This document shows, one piece after another, positions 49,219 to 61,239 of a DNA stretch of 64,000 nucleotides (positions within the stretch are counted from its first letter, which is position 1; each line of letters starts with the position of its first letter). This stretch comes from Octopus vulgaris. Lineage: Eukaryota. Made by a program: the position numbers and the translations under genes. Below the pieces are notes generated by a model. That model worked only from the letters and a program-made list of their open reading frames with translations, was not told the origin of the DNA and did not search any database. Where the stretch lies: the NCBI GenBank assembly GCA_951406725.2, contig OX597832.1, forward strand, positions 248,001 to 312,000. The letters run 5' to 3'.

Positions 49219-51586
49219 CTGTATTTACCAGTGCACTGGAGATACTCTCACTTAAGACACACCCCTATTTTACAAAGATATTTTGTGGAAAAAAACAATC
49301 TTAGTATTTTTCATCATACATTTATTGAAAGATATTTTGAAGTGGTCTTGTAAGGAAAATTGTATGATTCTTTGCATAAAATACAATATTGTAAAAATAT
49401 ACTGGAATAAAGTATGAAATCATGTGTAGCTTTACACTCGTCTTTAAAGGAAACTAAATTAAATTTGCCATAGCAAAAAAGAAATATACATTGAATCCTG
49501 GTACATGCAAACAAAAAGCAAATATACTGATGCAAACCAATCACAAAGTAGAATAAATGTGATGAATTCCTATTGATAGTTACAGTTACTCATTCTCATT
49601 GTTGCTATCCATATTACCGGTACTCTCTTCATCATTGGAATTCTCTGCAATAGGATCTGGGTCTTCACTATCTACTTCAAACAATTTTAAAATGATTTCA
49701 CAATTACCACTTCTTTTACAGTGTTCCATGAACTTTTTATCCACTCATACACCTGTGTAATAATAGGCCTCTTCTTTCTTCCTGTTGGTGTCACTTCAAA
49801 ATCTGAAGACTGCATCCACTTGCTCCACTCTTTCTGCATGAATCCTTTAAATGGTTTATTGATTGAAACGTCTAAAGGCTGTAACTGACTGGTTAGGCCT
49901 CCTGGAATTATAGCTAACTGGGTCTTCAAGTTTCCTCTTAACAATCTCAGTTCTATGAGCCCCGAACTGGTCCCAATCTAACAAGGCAGGTTTCTTTAAT
50001 AGCCCACCAGGACACCTGGACCACACTTTGTCAAGCCACAATGACATTCCTTCCATGTCCCTCTTACCTTTTGGGTGGACACGAACATAAATGCCACTGG
50101 GTATCCTTTCTTTAGGCAATGTCTTTCTTTTAAAAATTAAAAAAAGGTGGCAGTTTTGTGCCATCAGCGCAGCATGCTAATACATCTATGTAGTGTGCCA
50201 CATGTTTTAACGGCCACAGTGTTAGAATCCTTGAATTCTACTGTCTTGTTTGAGAGTACATCATATGTCAGAGACTTCGTCCATATTTGCTACCTGTGAA
50301 TGTTCAAAATGAACTTCTTTTCTTCCATTAATGACATACCTGTGAAACTTAAGTATTTGATCTTCATATTCATGGACCTTTTTTTTTGTGCTATTCTTGT
50401 TCTAACCTTCATATAGAGGTTATTTTTCCTCATAAATCTGAAACACCATGATGTTGTCCCCTTAAAATCATTGATATTTCTGTCTTGAATTGTACATAAT
50501 TATTTTAATGGATAATGAAAAGCCCAATTTTCTTTGGTCTATATAACCCATGTTTTTAATTATTCTACTAGTTCAGACCACTTTACAACTACCCTATGGA
50601 GGCAGTGTTTGCTATGTTTAGCAGCTTTCAGCTGCTCTTGTTTCCTCCAAGTCCTTACCATTTTCTCAGTTGGTGGTGGACCAAAATACTGAGCAGCTAC
50701 TCTATTACCATGGTCTTTTGCATATGCTATGACATCTGGTTTGAATTTGATGTTATAACAGTGCCTTTTTTGTTTTTCAGCCATGGGTTTGGATTCTGCA
50801 TGAAATTTGCCATAAATAAACTTACTGGTACAATATTGGAAACTGTTCCCCAACTCTTGCCTCCTCTCAGATTAACTGTATAGTTGTTTATAATTTGGGC
50901 AAAAGAATTGCTATACAGGATGTGAAACTTCTATTACTAGGTGTGATGTTTTGCATTACCATGACAGGCCACAATGTGGAAAATAAGGAAAAAAAGACTA
51001 AAGAGCCAAACACAAATGAATGATCAAGAAAGGAACACAACAAGAAGAGGCACTGTTGTAAAAGTGAAGCCTCCTGGACATCATCTGATCTGATCATTGC
51101 AAATAGCTGTCAGGTCGATGAAAGTTTATTAACTTTCCTTTCAAATTTCTAGGAGCATTTTTCATTTAGATAATAAACAAATGTTTCTTAAAGATTACCC
51201 AGTCATTAAATAATGTAAACCCATGCTAGCATGGAGAATGGACGTTAAACGAACGATGATATATCAGGTGTGAGTTATGTATGCTGAGGTTGGAGGTAGG
51301 TGAAATGATGTGAGCTTCTTTCATAACTGCCAACATATCGTAAGCAATTTTTCGTAAGTTTGTGATAATTTGACTTGTTTTCAATATTGTAATAATTTGG
51401 CTTGTTTTCATTATTTTATTATCAGCAACAATTTTTGTGCCTAGGGAACTTACCCAATATGCTCATCCAGCTCCCTAGCCTACAGCACTCGGTCTCCCAT
51501 CTGTAATACAGCCACCTTAGACACAGGGCAATTTCTGGATACTTTTAAAAATAAGAAAAGTGCATTTAATCTGCTGGCAAATACAG
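49219..51586 (-). mobile_element. Decayed pogo/Tigger-like transposon with Brinker-type N-terminal DNA-binding domain
   Basis: TA-CTGTATTT ... AAATACAG-TA termini; YNIKFK.DVIAYAKDHGNRVAA..FGPPPTEKMVRTWRKQ, PALL.WDQF.AH, IIPGGLTSQLQPLDVSINKPFK. Confidence 0.88.
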
Positions 51587-52252
51587 TAAATTCTTTATAT
51601 GTATACATGAATGTTCATTTGAATATTTTCAGTTTTTATTTCTCTCTCTATCCCTATATATGTTTACATGCATATGAATAAGTAACAAGTGAAGGACAAG
51701 TGTCCTTAGTCTAACCTAGTGAGGTACCTCAACTTAAATACCTAATTCAACTGAATCTTACTTATATCTTACATGAATATGTGTATGTATATTTCATATA
51801 TCAAGCCCAAGTGTATTTATTTATTTATTTGCATCATTATTTATGTATTAGTTCACCTAGATTCCTGTTATACCCACTCTTTACTTCGCAAAATTAGTCC
51901 TCAATAAAGATTTCAGAGAGTAAGCTTAAATCATTTGAGTACTACAAAGTGTTTTCTACATTGAGCATTACTGGATCTCATCTGCTGACTCTCTCATCAT
52001 CATCATCATTTAACATTCGCTTTCCATATTGTCATGGATTGGATGGTTTGACTGAGGACTGGCAAGCCAGGAGGCTGCACCAAACTCCAGTCTGATCTGG
52101 CAAGGTTTCTACAGTTGGATTCCATTCCTAACACCAACCACTCTGAGAGTGTAGTGGGTGCTTTTTATGTGCCACCAGTCAGGCGGAACTAGCATAGACC
52201 ACGCTCAAATGGTGCTTTTTATGTATCACAAGCACAAGAGCCAGTCAGGCAG

Positions 52253-52287
<35 letters not shown>

Positions 52288-53170
52288 GCGACCTCATCCT
52301 TTCCCCTTAGTCGCTGCCCTCCCATCTCATATACATGACATTAATCACGCCCTTTGCCTCTTCAATTCCTTCACCTTCCCTCCCGGCCATTCATACTTCC
52401 TTTTCACCATGGACATAAAATGCCTGTACACTCTGATCTCCTACAACGACGGCCTCTTAGCCCTCCAATACTTCCTCAAACATTATCCGACCCCACACCC
52501 GGCACTTCCACCGTTCTCTACCTAGCAGAACTCGTTCTCACCCTCAACTGCTTTACATTCCCAGGAGAGATTTACCAGCATCTCTGGCGTTGCTATGGGA
52601 AGGAGAATGGACTCCATTTTGCTTATTTTTTAGTTATGTTGAGGCCCAAATTTTCTCACAGTTCTTCAGACTGACTCCAGAGCTATACGGTCACTATATA
52701 GATGACCGTATAGGCACTACCTCCCTCTCCCACAAACAACTCTCCAGTTTCATCTCTTTCATTTCTAACTTCCACCCTCTTCTCGAATTCACCTCTACCA
52801 TCTCTGATACTTCTGTAAACTTCCTCAATATCTCTCTCTCCATTGGTCCCCTCACCCACTCTCACCACTTCCACTTTCTTTAAACCCACGGACTCCTACC
52901 TCAAATTTTCCTCTTCTTTTCCCTCCCACACCAAATGTGCCATCTTTTCCAGTTCCCATGCCTGTGCAGCCAGGACCAGGATTTTGAGACCCAGTCCCAA
53001 TGCCTGGCCCTCTTGTTCATGCATTGTGGATACCCTTGCCCTAACTGTCCTTATCTGCACTTGTCAAATCGATCATACTAATCTTCCAACCGCATCCCCT
53101 TTCCTCTCTTTTTTCACCCCTCTACCCTACTCCTTTGTTTGAAGATCCTGTGGGCCTTCTGTCACCTCCA
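52288..53170 (+). mobile_element. Decayed Penelope-like RT fragment (probable 3' end resumes at ~54690-54942)
   Basis: FTMDIKCLYT, LAELVLTLNCFTF, LYGHYIDD, FHPLLEFT..ISDTSVNFL and FKPTDS motifs typical of PLE RT. Confidence 0.8.
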
Positions 53171-53174
53171 GCTA

Positions 53175-54260
53175 GTTTGACAGTCGTTAACTAACAGCTC
53201 TTTGTTTTACAACATTGAAGAGTTACAGCATCACTTTTCCAAATGCAATTCATGGTGCCAGAGTATATTGGGAGTTTCCTCTTGTAAATCAATTCTTGTG
53301 AACCCATGGATTGATAAAAAATTCATGCTGTTTATGAATAAAAGTTACGTCATGGAACCCCAGTCAGCTCAAAACATCAATGAGATGTTTGGTGAAGATG
53401 TGGTAAATGAGTGCACTGTATGCCGATGGTTTGAGAAGTTCCATTCTGGTGACTTTACTCTTGAAAATCAGCCCTGTGGTAGACCTGAAACCAAGGTGGA
53501 TAATGATGAGCTGGAAACTGTAGATATATCTCAAACTTCATGTGAGTTAGCAGTAAGGTTTGATGTTTTGATTCCAATTTGACCATCTGAAACAAATCAG
53601 CAAGGTAAACAAGTTGGACAAGTGGGTACCACACGAACTGAATGAACATCGAATGACATGTTATCTTGAAACTTGCTGCTCTTTGCTGTCACAGCATAAA
53701 AGCGAACCATTTTTGCATCGTATTGTTACATGTGATGAAAAATGGATTCCTTTCAACAATAGCATGCATTCTGCATGGTGGTTGGATAAACACAATCCAA
53801 AAAAGAATATTCTCCAAAAAAAGCTAATGCTGTCTGTTTGGTTTATCCAGCACTGGTGTCTTGGTAAGTCAATTACAGCAGATGTATACATCAACCAACT
53901 GGATGAAATGATGTGTGAAGTTGCTATTAAACAACCAAGATTAGTCAGTAGAGACAAGCCAATTCTCTTGCAAGACAATGCTTGACCACATGTTACACAA
54001 AGAACACTACTCAAGTTACAGGAACTGAACTTGGAAGTACTCTGTCATCCATCATATTCACTGCACCTTGCACCAACTGACAATGACGTTTTCTAGGCAT
54101 TAGACAACTTTTTGCATGGAAAAGCTTCAAATCTGAACATGTAAAAACAGCCTTTCATGATTTCATCACCTCTTGCTCTCCAGAATTCTTCGCTACAGGT
54201 ATAAATAATCTACTGATAAAATGGCAAAATTGTGTTGATAATTTAGGTGTAGTTCAAAAT
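53175..54260 (+). mobile_element. Decayed mariner nested in the PLE
   Basis: WVPHEL, IVTCDEKWI, LLQDNA, degenerate HPPYSPDLAP. Confidence 0.88.
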
Positions 54261-54800
54261 CAGACATTTTATTCTTAATGACATGATATTTCTGTTAACA
54301 AAATGTGCACACACACATATACACAATCCCACTCCGTCTATGCACACATGCCAACACATACACTCACACACACACACAACCACACACATCCATTCACACA
54401 GCCACACCCACCCATTCTCACACCATCTTCAGACTGCCTCTGCCTCACTATTGACCCTTCCATCCACGCACACATGCAAACACAAACACACACTACCACA
54501 CCCACCCATTCACACATGACACTATAGCTGCTGACCTTTCAAAGTGACACTAACACACATGCACACAAATCCTACCACACACCCACACACTCACCACATA
54601 TGCACACACACGCAATTACTACTACACACACACTACCATACATACACACTCTACCACACACACACATACACTGACCATTTTCACACTCACCTGTCCCAGA
54701 AAGCATTTCTCTTCTACTTCTAGTTACTTTAGAAATGTAACTGCATGTGATTGTTGGCGATTTTTTTTTCTTCTTCGTCTTGGGCTTCTTTGTTTTTCCT

Positions 54801-54835
54801 GTTTCTGAAGAAGAGCTATGCTCAAAACATAAAAC
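54801..54835 (+). ncRNA. Decayed minimal hammerhead at the PLE 3' end
   Basis: GUUU-CUGAAGA-A-GAGC-UAU-GCUC-AAAAC-AUA-AAAC. Two CG>CA changes would restore GAAAC-GUA. Confidence 0.6.
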
Positions 54836-54944
54836 TACTACTCTTTTCCTTCTCTGAACGTCTTATTAATACATTGTTTGTGCTACATCCACACACACAT
54901 TTGTTTTTTTTTTTCTTTTTCTCTGTGTCTTTTTGAATTGACTA

Positions 54945-54975
<31 letters not shown>

Positions 54976-55050
54976 GTAATTTGAGGGAATATTATTCGAA
55001 ACTTACAGGGAAAAATTCAATTTAGAAATACTAAATCAAATTTCACAAAA

Positions 55051-55442
55051 TCTCTCTATATATAAAGCTGAAGTTGTCTGTGTATGGCAGGTTTGGCAGC
55101 CTTCAACTAACACTATCTCCTCCGAGACCCTGTGGCACAAGTTGACCAAAATTGAGAGTATGATAGAAGAAGGCTTGTTCTTCCTTCCGAAGAAGAAAAA
55201 ACTCAAATCGGACCATGTTAACACCAAAAATTATTTACATCAAAAAGATGATTTTTTTCTATGAAAATCCCGATTTTTTACGATTTTTTGACTTCTCTGT
55301 CGCTATTTTTCGGTGTATTTCATTCAGAAAAATGTTCACTTAAAGAGAATAACAAGCTACATAATGCAAAATTTTCACTTTTCAAAAATTCCAATTCCAA
55401 AGGGTCAAAACAAACATGAGCAACGCCGGGTGATACTGCTAG
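55051..55442 (+). mobile_element. Non-autonomous Helitron-like element
   Basis: A|TC 5' end, GC-rich subterminal motif, CTAG|T 3' end, no TSD. An empty paralogous site is visible at ~39585. Confidence 0.8.
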
Positions 55443-57912
55443 TATAATATATATAATATATATAATTACAAAAAAACCCACCTTTTATCAATTCAAAATG
55501 ATAAATTAAATTACACCACCTAGAAAACTACATATAATAAAAATATTAAATATAGGATAAAAAATATACCGATTAAGTAATGTGCAAAATAATAAATAAG
55601 ACGTATATATTTGGTATAATAACAAATATATATATATATCAATTAATAATTAAGGGTACTAACAGACAGTACCAGCATGTTTTCACTTAAATACAAAGGT
55701 GAATGCAGGCAAATGAATAAAAAAAAACCTAAGACCCTGTATTAATGACAAAAATAATCAGATGTTACATGCCAATTTGATACATGAACAGTCAAGAAGG
55801 AAGGTGAAAAAATAGATTTATACAACTCTTAAATATAAGTTAGTTTGACTGTGGAAAATGAAGAAGGTGAAAATAATGCCAGCTTTTGTTGAGTCCTTGG
55901 AAACAGTATCAGAAGGCATCAAGAGGAATATAAAGGAAATCAAAATAGAGTGGCCAGTAGAACTGTAACAAAAGGTTTGCCTCCATGGCCAGAAGCATCA
56001 GAAATGTGTTAAAGTATAGATAGTTGAAAAGAACAGAAAACATGGCCCTGTAGGCTGCAGGTAGCAAGCCCATTAAATAATAATAATAATACCAGTAGTA
56101 TAGAGATACAGACATAGATTCCTATTCTTATTCTGTGCATTCCCGGTGTTTTACATATCCAATCCTTTCAGAGAGCTCACTATTTCTTAGCACTTCATTA
56201 TAATATCCAGCTGCACCCATAAAAGCCACTTCACTAAAAAATATCAAGAATCGACATTTACTAATGTTGTCAATCAAGTTTTTCAAGACACAAGGTAGCT
56301 GATTTAATTGTCTATGTGTGTATACTAATTCTCATTTGGTTTGTGGTATGGTCTGAAAATATCATTATCTAGTCTTAATTTGCATCAAGAAAATTAACAT
56401 TGATAAAATTTGTCTGCTGTAATAATAAATCCTATTTCTGTTGTTAACTACTTTGTAGATTGCACTAGGTGCACATTTTTCATGGTACCAACACAAGAGA
56501 GGTTGAATAAAGAGACCTTAAAGATTTACACATTCTTGCACATTTTCTAACTCCTCTGTAGTGTATACCGGTGCATTTGATAAAACCAGCACTAAAGAGA
56601 TTGTCATATTGAGGGAGCATGAAACTTTAGCTTCCTGTTTGGCACCAATACACATGGTACTAGTGTCCAGCTCACAGGACAATGTAGAGAATACTCAGAG
56701 AGCTAAGATATGTAGACCAGGAAGGAGCAATAGGAGGTGAAGGGAATGCAAAAGTGGGCGAGGGGAGCAAGTAAGTGTCAAAAGTACTCAATAATCTAGG
56801 GTGTGTACTTTTGCTCAGATGAACAAGGGGTGGATGGCTAGGTGGAAGATAGAAGCATTATTGTGATGTTATTTGGGGTGAAGTTAGATAGGTGATGACT
56901 GACTACAAGAGAAGGGTGAGGGTGAGTGATGGAAAGATAAAATGTAAGTGATGAGTGTCAGTAGAAGTGACCCTGTGTGGAGGGAAGAGTACATTGTCTA
57001 GTAGTGGAGAAATGTGAAGAGGGCAAAGAGGATGCACTAGAGAAAAGGAATTCTAGTAGCATGAGGATGACTCTGTGCAGTCTCTTATACATTGGCCTAG
57101 TGAAGGGATGAAAGTGGACTGATGTAGTCTCCAATATATGTGAGAAAATGTATATATACATTGAATGTCAGTGTTTAAGATACACTTCATTTTCAAAATT
57201 TAATAGAATCTACAGACAGAATTTAGTTTTATGAATACCTGCCAACTGATGACTGTATTGGTACATGCATAGGAAGCAAAAGAATTGCAAACATCAAGAA
57301 ACATTTCATTTGGTATTTGTGCACATCCTTGCTCAATGGCTGCCTCCATTTCATCAACTGTTGCTAGTTTTGTTGCATAAACTTTGCTGGTGAATGCAGA
57401 GGGTATTCTACCAAATTTCTTTGTCCAATTTACCTGTTTGGCAAAATCTTATTAATGTAGACTCTTACATTACTATGGTATTGTGAGGGTGCCCCATCTT
57501 GCAGTAAATGAAACTCCACATCTTCAAAGTCTGTGATAATCTGTCATGCTTGGCATGACAGATTGTCACAGCAAGTTCAAGTAAAGGGGACTAGTTATAG
57601 TACCATTAAAAAGAAACGCTCCAATTAATTCTATTCATAAGCTGCACTATATTATATGTAACTCCTAGTAAATTAACATTATGTTCCTTCTGTGATTCTC
57701 AGGTTGCACATTTCTGTTTGAAACTTCCTCCTAAACAGTCTTTGCATTTTTAACAGCACTTTCAAATGTTCAGTAGCACTTTGAGATAAATTCTCTTTGT
57801 TCAAAGATTAGTCTGGCTCCTTTCTCTATTTCCAGTGGGTTAAATCTAAAAGGAAGTGAAAATTGAGATGTCACCTATTAAGAACGTGTATACATTTTCT
57901 GGAAACACCCTG

Positions 57913-57950
<38 letters not shown>

Positions 57951-58362
57951 CACACACATGCATGAATATATACATATAGTTGCAAATACACATATTGTAT
58001 ATTTAGTGAATGTGTTTTATAAGTTTATGTCCACACATTACATAATAAAATGACAGAAGTGATAATGTCAAAGAAATGCCTGGCTGTATGCTTCTACAGT
58101 GACATGTTTATAATAGCATGACAGATTCTATGATGTTTGGGTAAGAACACAGTGACAGTTGGAATGCTTGTTGATTTGCAGTGGTAAATGTGGCATGTGT
58201 GGTTGCAGTTCAGTATTGACTACTGCAATTTACCCTGCACCACTAGATCTTGCTGCATCATACAGGATTGTACTGCAATATATGAAATTAAAAGGAAGAT
58301 ACACAAGCACACACACATACATGTATGTGTGTGTGTATATAAATATGTATGTACATATATAT

Positions 58363-58410
<48 letters not shown>

Positions 58411-58436
58411 CATACATATATATATATATATATATA

Positions 58437-59205
58437 ATAATAGTAAAGGATAAAACCGTTAAAGATTTTATCAGTGGTCAGCATATAATATAGACCTATT
58501 TAGGTGAATTCATATATAGAGTTTTATAATAGTATAAAATACAATTATAATTAAGAGCACAGAAGAGACTGCCTATCCTGAAAATAGATGCTAAATCGTC
58601 AAACCACTTAAAAATTATCTCTTTTACAATACACAACATGTTGAAATCGAGGGAGTAGGCTCGCAGAAATTCATAAATTAGTTAGCCTTGGATTGATCAA
58701 TTTCTGGATTAGTCCAATAACTTTTCCTCATCAGCAAGACACACTTAAGGAAATAAATGACATATTTATACATACCCACAGGAAAGCAAAGGCAAAGCTA
58801 CAGCTACATACAAATACTACAAATACATCTGCCACGAATTTCACATTCTAACTCAGCATGTGTGTATATAGTCAAAGTAGTACAGAAGTGACTAGACTGT
58901 CCCGAAGTGAATGGAAATTTTTCAATTATAATAATAATAACGAATAAAACCATTAAAGATTTTATCAATGACCAGCATATAATACAATCCTATTAAGGTG
59001 AATTCATATAGAGAGATTTATAATAGTATAAAATACAATTATAGTTAAAGGCATGGAAGAGACTTATGCTGAAAATAGACACCAAATAGTCAAACCACTT
59101 AAAAATTATCTCTTTTACTGTACATGTGTTGAAATCGAGGGAGTAGGCTCGCAGAAACTCCTAAAATAGTTAACCTTGGATTGATTAATTTCTGGATTAG
59201 TCCAA
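58437..59205 (-). mobile_element. Head-to-tail ~495-bp-period repeat (about 1.5 units) carrying a hammerhead; retrozyme / PLE terminal-repeat-like
   Basis: 58440-58718 is repeated at 58935-59205. Confidence 0.7.
58687..58738 (-). ncRNA. Type I hammerhead-like motif
   Basis: Minus strand: CUUG-CUGAUGA-GGA...UCC-A-GAAA-UUG-AU-CAA-UC|CAAG, with a palindromic stem III (AUUGAUCAAU). Confidence 0.7.
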
Positions 59206-59514
59206 TTGTTTTGGGATTTGAAAATACACCTGAATCTCAAAACATGTAGTCGTCTTTAGATTTTGTAAAAGATTATTCGAATACTGGTTTCAACAATTTT
59301 TTGTTTATCAATGGTAAAAATAGAAAATGAATATGAAAAAGGGTTTACAACAGTTAAAAGTTATTAGGGAAAATTTTGAAAAGCATTAATTTAATTCAAT
59401 GTTTATAGAAATTCCAATGAGCTTCACAGAGATAGACAGTAATAAGTTTAAATGTTTAATAACAGACATACATGACTATGCAGTGCTTCAACACACACAA
59501 ACACACGCACATGT

Positions 59515-60245
59515 GCAACAGGGCACCCAAAAGAAACCGTTATTTTGCAATATTACTTTATTCACATTTACACTTTTATCGGCATCAAAATATTATCCAT
59601 TTGAAGCAATGCATCAGCCCAGATGTGTTTTCTACTGTTTGAAGCAGTGATGCCTTTTAATACCTCCATCGTTTTTTCTTCTTCTCTGCCACATCTGCAA
59701 AATGTTTTCCTTTAAGGACATTTTTCATTTGGCATAACAAAAAAAAGTTGCAGGAAGTAAGATCAACTTCCCACTGTTCTTTCAGTTCACAACATGCATA
59801 ACTGATTTTGATCTTCCATGAGCAAGTGAAGCACAAATTTTGTTGCAACTCTTTTCATTTGGAATTCGTTGGCAGATCCAGGATACACCAGTCATATCAA
59901 CAAATTCGTCAATTGTTCTTCTGCAATATCAGTTCATGAATTTTCATGATGTTTTCATTCGTTTGGGAGATCAACTGTCATCCTGAACGAGGTTGGTCTT
60001 CAAGCAAGAAATGATTATTCCTTAAGTGTGAAACCACTCGTAAACTTGTGTTTTGCTCGTGGTTGCATCCTTGTAAGGTGTTTAAAGCATGAGCTGTTTA
60101 AGCCACTGTTTGCTCCATCTTTCACAGAAACATGCTGTTCCTTCATTTCAGCCGGTGCAATAGTTGACAAACAGGAGAGATGTACTGCAAAACAAAGACG
60201 CCACCAGTCGGCAGACTGGTTGCTTCAAGTGAATTTGGGTACCTC
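59515..60245 (-). mobile_element. Mariner relic
   Basis: DL..CNFFL..QMKNVLKGKHF, QQNLC (AAKFVP region frameshifted). Confidence 0.7.
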
Positions 60246-60437
60246 CTCATATATGTGACTGTGGTTAGAGACTTGCTTCCCAGCCAAAAAGTTCTGGGTT
60301 CAGTCCCACAGCATGGCACCTTGGTCAAGTGCCTTCTTATATAGCCTCAGACAGACCAAAGTCTTGTGAGTGGATTTGGTAGATGGAAACTGAAAGAAGC
60401 CTATTGTATATAAGTATATATATATATATATATATAT

Positions 60438-60532
60438 ATAATTGCTATTTAATCTTTTTAGGCTTAATTGAAATGGCTGTAAGTCCCTTACAGCCATTTC
60501 AATTAAGCCTAAAAAGATTAAATAGCAATTAT
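60438..60532. repeat. Perfect ~45-bp-arm palindrome
   Basis: ATAATTGCTATTTAATCTTTTTAGGCTTAATTGAAATGGCTGTAAG-TCC-CTTACAGCC...GCAATTAT. Confidence 0.92.
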
Positions 60533-60849
60533 CAAAATCATTATATTAGGCAAAATCTCTTCAGAGAGGTAGAAAAAAGATATACTGTTAGGTTTTTATG
60601 TGTTATATTTTAGAATCATCACAGCAAACTGAATATTATTCTATGGCTAATATTGGTATATGTCTGGGTTAGAGGGTTAGAAGTTGTTTTAGTGGGTAAT
60701 GGATGATATGTGAATATAATTACGGTAATAATGGGTAAATAAATGGAGACTGAATAGTAAACTGCAGTGAAGAGGAGTATCACATGAATGAGGAGATAAA
60801 ATAAATACTTTAGTAAGTTGTTTATAAAATTGAGAGAAACTTAAAAATG

Positions 60850-61224
60850 AAATAAAAACAAACTGACTTTTCTCTTTGGTACGAAAGTGACGTAAGGCGG
60901 GTGGAATGAATGAAGTTTATTTTATTAGTTACTGTGGTCAATACAAAACTAGCTTCACGATTAATGTAAAAACCAAATAAATTAATTTTAAAAAATTAAT
61001 TTAATTCAGAAGCACATTTTCCGATCTTCAGTTGTATATACAACTGAAGATTGGAAAATATGCTTCTAAATTAAATTAATTTTTTAAAATTGATTTATTT
61101 GGTTTTTACATTAATCGTGAAGCTAGTTTTGTATTGACCACAGTAACTAATAAAATAAACTTCATTGATTCCGCCCGCCTTACGTCACTTTCGTACCAAG
61201 GAGAAAAGTCAGTTTGTTTTTATT
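60850..61224. repeat. ~185-bp-arm palindrome centred on TATATA, each arm with a hammerhead-like motif
   Basis: Centre CTTCAGTTGTATATACAACTGAAG at ~61037. The arms differ by scattered transitions. Confidence 0.92.
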
Positions 61225-61239
61225 AATCTTATTTATATT

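Noticed and set aside
56640-57130. Possible very old PLE fragment on the minus strand, and a Tc1-like relic at 57360-57913
   Set aside because: Only faint motif resemblance and one terminus; too degraded to support.
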